A stretch of 43,708 nucleotides of DNA. Origin: an uncultured Alphaproteobacteria bacterium (GTDB lineage Bacteria; Pseudomonadota; Alphaproteobacteria; RF32; CAG-239). This document shows positions 40,749-43,708 of this stretch, in pieces; positions within the stretch are counted from its first letter, which is position 1, and each line of letters begins with the position of its first letter. Both the position numbers and the translations under genes were made by a program. The DNA is taken from NCBI GenBank assembly GCA_910585375.1, contig CAJUCZ010000009.1, positions 22,474-66,181 of the forward strand, read 5' to 3'. The notes below the pieces were generated by a model. It was given only the letters and a program-made list of their open reading frames with translations, was not told the DNA's origin and ran no database searches.

Positions 40749-40757
40749 ACTTCCCCG

Positions 40758-42095
40758 CTAGGCCTGCGGCACAAAAGGCGTTGCCAGAATATCGGCCAAT
40801 TCCTGGTACCCCTGCTCCAAAGAAACCTTGTCTTTTTTGGTCTGGGATAAAAAGGCCTCAATCTTGGGATAATAAAATATAGCTTCGTCCACATCGCGAT
40901 TCGACCCTTTTTTATAAGCCCCGAGACGGATAAGTTCTGCCATGTCCTCATAAGCCGAAATATATTTGCGGGCTTTTGCCACAAGCGCATATTCTTCCGG
41001 CGTATCACAATCCGGCATTGTACGCGAAATCGAGCGCAGAATATTAATCGCCGGATAACGGTTACGCTCGGCAATGGAACGGTCAAGCACAATATGCCCG
41101 TCTAAAATCGAACGCACGGCATCGGCAATCGGTTCGTTATGGTCATCTCCGTCTACCAAAACCGTAAACAAACCGGTAATCGTCCCGTTGCCCGCCCCTG
41201 GTCCGGCACGTTCCAGCAACCGCGGCAATTCGGCAAAAACGCTTGGCGTATAGCCTTTGGATGCCGGCGGCTCGCCGACCGAAAGCGCTATCTCGCGCTG
41301 TGCCATCGCAAAACGGGTAATGGAATCCATCATACAGAGAACGTCTTTATTTTGATCGCGAAAATATTCCGAAACAGCCATCGCCGTATAGGCCGCTTGC
41401 CGGCGCATGAGCGGGCTTTCATCGGAAGTCGCCAGCACCAGTACGGATTTTGCCAGCCCTTCGGGCCCCAGCACGTCTTCTACAAACTCTTTTGCCTCAC
41501 GCCCGCGCTCGCCGATAAGCCCGATAACAGAAATGTCAGAACTGGTATTTTTGGCCATCATCGACATCAGGGTCGACTTACCCACACCGGAACCGGCAAA
41601 GATTCCCATACGTTGGCCTTTGCAAACCGTCAGAAAAGTATTGACCGCCCGCACGCCGAGATCGACTTTGCCCTGAACCCGGTCACGAAAAGCAGCCGGC
41701 GGCGGAGAAGATTTAATATAATAAGGCTTATCCCCCTTCGGCAGCGGTCCCTTGCCGTCTATGGCCTCGCCAAAAGCATTAATGATTCGCCCCAGCCATT
41801 CCGGATGCGGATAAATCACCGGCGCCGCATTTTCAACTTCTACCCGACACCCCGCGCCGATACCGTCTAACGACCCGTAAGGCATAAGCAAAAGTTTGTC
41901 ATTTTTAAAACTTACCAGCTCGCAGGTTACTTTCTCGCCATGGGTAGAAAAAACATTGCATCTGTCGCCAATAGACAGATTCGAACGAATGCCGCTAACT
42001 TCGATAAACAACCCTTGCACGGCGGTGACCTGCCCAAAATAAGTGTCAGTTTCCAGCTTTTGAACCGCATCGCTGATATTTTCATACAAAGTCAT
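40758..42095 (-). CDS. fliI: Flagellum-specific (type III secretion) ATPase
   Basis: Walker A motif GSGVGKST. F1/T3SS-ATPase family. Followed by a FliJ-like gene, and motAB lie elsewhere in the window. Confidence 0.75.
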   Translation of the reverse strand: MTLYENISDAVQKLETDTYFGQVTAVQGLFIEVSGIRSNLSIGDRCNVFSTHGEKVTCELVSFKNDKLLLMPYGSLDGIGAGCRVEVENAAPVIYPHPEWLGRIINAFGEAIDGKGPLPKGDKPYYIKSSPPPAAFRDRVQGKVDLGVRAVNTFLTVCKGQRMGIFAGSGVGKSTLMSMMAKNTSSDISVIGLIGERGREAKEFVEDVLGPEGLAKSVLVLATSDESPLMRRQAAYTAMAVSEYFRDQNKDVLCMMDSITRFAMAQREIALSVGEPPASKGYTPSVFAELPRLLERAGPGAGNGTITGLFTVLVDGDDHNEPIADAVRSILDGHIVLDRSIAERNRYPAINILRSISRTMPDCDTPEEYALVAKARKYISAYEDMAELIRLGAYKKGSNRDVDEAIFYYPKIEAFLSQTKKDKVSLEQGYQELADILATPFVPQA

Positions 42096-42252
42096 CAGAT
42101 AAAAATCCCCTTTTAAAAAAGAATTTTACATATATTTGCACTTTTTTCAGCAATTCTTCCGTTTTATTCACATAAATCATTATTTATATAATTTTTGTTA
42201 ATAATTATTAACAGCCCCGATTAAAAAGTTAACAAATAAAAATTTAAGGATT

Positions 42253-42975
42253 ATGATAAGGCATAATTTTAATAAAAGGGGCAACACCATGCGAGTATTA
42301 CTTGTCGAAGACGATTACGCAATCTCCCAAAGCATTGAAACAATGCTCAAAAAAGAAGGCATGATTGTAGATACGACCGATCTGGGCGAAGACGGCCTTG
42401 AGATTGGCAAACTTTATGATTACGATATCATTATTCTGGACTTGATGCTTCCCGACATGAACGGCTATGAGGTCTTAAAAAGCCTGCGCGCCGCCAAAGT
42501 CAACACGCCGGTACTGATTCTGTCCGGCCTTTCCGAACCCGACAAAAAGGTCAAAGGTCTGGGCTATGGCGCCGACGACTATCTGACCAAACCGTTTGAC
42601 AAAGCCGAACTTCTGGCTCGAATCCAAGCGGTCGTCAGACGCTCGAAAGGGCATTCCAATTCCATTATCCGCACCGGCGAAGTCGAGGTCAATCTGGATA
42701 CACAGACTGTTACCGTCGGAACCAAAACGCTTCACCTGACCGGCAAAGAATACGGCATCATGGAATTGCTCTCCCTCAGAAAAGGCTCGACTCTAAACAA
42801 AGACCAGTTCTTAAACCACCTTTACGGCGGTATTGATGAACCGGAATTGAAAATTATCGATGTCTTTATCTGTAAACTCCGCAAGAAACTGGAAAAAGCT
42901 TCCGGCGGCAAGAACTACATCGAAACCGTCTGGGGCCGCGGCTATGTTCTCCGCGATCCGGATGAAAAAAAATAA
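42253..42975 (+). CDS. ctrA: Cell-cycle master response regulator CtrA (OmpR family)
   Basis: Near-collinear identity to Caulobacter CtrA as I remember it (MRVLL.EDD...DLGE.G...[57 protein letters not shown]...I.TG...VNLD..TV.V....HLTGKEY...[38 protein letters not shown].......[14 protein letters not shown]). The longest ORF carries a short N-terminal extension ([17 protein letters not shown]). Confidence 0.8.
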   Translation: MIRHNFNKRGNTMRVLLVEDDYAISQSIETMLKKEGMIVDTTDLGEDGLEIGKLYDYDIIILDLMLPDMNGYEVLKSLRAAKVNTPVLILSGLSEPDKKVKGLGYGADDYLTKPFDKAELLARIQAVVRRSKGHSNSIIRTGEVEVNLDTQTVTVGTKTLHLTGKEYGIMELLSLRKGSTLNKDQFLNHLYGGIDEPELKIIDVFICKLRKKLEKASGGKNYIETVWGRGYVLRDPDEKK

Positions 42976-43002
42976 ATTTTTTACAATCAACGGACTTCAA
43001 AA

Positions 43003-43031
43003 AGCCTCTCCTTTACGGATGAGGCTTTTTT
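43003..43031 (+). terminator. Intrinsic terminator after ctrA
   Basis: Stem agcctc / gaggct with an internal tcc/gga extension, followed by TTTTT. Confidence 0.55.
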
Positions 43032-43708
43032 GCATTTCCGCCTTTTCCTCCTCTTATGCCTTCATCATCCCTGCCTTAATTTCTTTCCTCTAATCACTTC
43101 TCCACACTTCACTTTATTTTGCTATCTCTCCCTATATTTCTCTCCTGCATTCTCTCTCTTCAAACTCTAATCTTCTTCTCCTACATTTACATTATTCTGC
43201 CTGTTTTTTCTCATTTTACCCTTTGAGAATTTCTCCTTTTCCCATATACCCACTATTCCACTCTTTCTCTATTCTCCCTCTTCCGCCCCACACTTTACCC
43301 TTCCCTTCCTCTATTCATCAACCTTAATTTCTTCCCCACCCTCTTCCTCCTCACACTTTAGCCCTCCAAACTCATTCCCCTCCACTCTGCCATACTTCTC
43401 TCCTTAAACTCCTTTGGCCTTCCTTTCACCACTCACTTCATCTCTCTCCTGTCTTTTCTTTTATTCCCCTGCCACTCCTCACTTTGTCCCTCTCTTTTCA
43501 TCTCCTACCTTCTCCTTCTTTGCACAATCCGTTTCTTTCATCCCCTCCCCATTCTCCCTCACCCCAGCTTTTTCTCCCTTCACCTTTCTTCCCTTTTCCT
43601 CTTACTCTTTTTTCCTATCCTCTGCCCATAATACTTCCCTTTTTCTCTCCGCAGCCCCAATCTCCCTCTATCTTTTTTACACAATCATCTTTTCTCATCC
43701 CCGCCGTT
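43032..43708. other. Polypyrimidine (plus strand) / polypurine (minus strand) tract of at least 677 bp, G-depleted and non-repetitive, with no ORFs
   Basis: By eye, about 27 G in about 677 nt (about 4%). C+T is about 80%. There is no ATG on the plus strand. The minus strand has frequent stops. There is no tandem periodicity. The tract runs to the window edge. Confidence 0.85.

Noticed and set aside
43032-43708. Protein coding of the CT-rich tract, as a possible Ser/Pro/Leu-rich low-complexity peptide
   Set aside because: There is no ATG on the plus strand and the minus strand is dense with stops. Any frame of CT-rich DNA translates to Ser, Pro, Leu and Phe, so the apparent peptide carries no information.

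Overview
This is a 43.7-kb chromosomal segment of roughly 40-45% GC, most likely from an alphaproteobacterium. The basis is that the response regulator at 42253-42975 aligns almost residue-for-residue with Caulobacter CtrA from my memory of that sequence. Both strands are densely coded. Housekeeping and envelope genes (outer membrane protein, motA/motB, gltX, nagA/nagB, gap-pgk, sodB, fliI/fliJ, ctrA) are interleaved with accessory blocks. Block (i) is a glycosyltransferase cluster at 10.4-16.3 kb. Block (ii) is a phosphoethanolamine-transferase, dgk-like and OmpR/histidine-kinase locus at 18.4-22.7 kb. Block (iii) is an AT-rich accessory region at about 22.8-36.6 kb centred on a tRNA-Glu gene. 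It carries a GmrSD-like DUF262/DUF1524 type IV restriction gene, a P-loop kinase and an M55-peptidase-like gene. Degenerate copies of the tRNA 3' end suggest old serial integrations, but no integrase is present. Two tRNA genes (Met/CAT and Glu/CTC, both on the minus strand) each have their 3' ends duplicated nearby. The most striking feature is a non-repetitive pyrimidine-rich tract of at least 677 bp at 43032-43708. It is about 80% C+T and about 4% G on the plus strand, has no ORFs, and starts immediately after the ctrA terminator. A second unusual feature is a pair of about 150-bp paralogous noncoding repeats between nudix and pgk, each followed by a hairpin with a conserved GTACATAGA loop and compensatory stem changes. 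I found no CRISPR array, no IS element and no rRNA gene.
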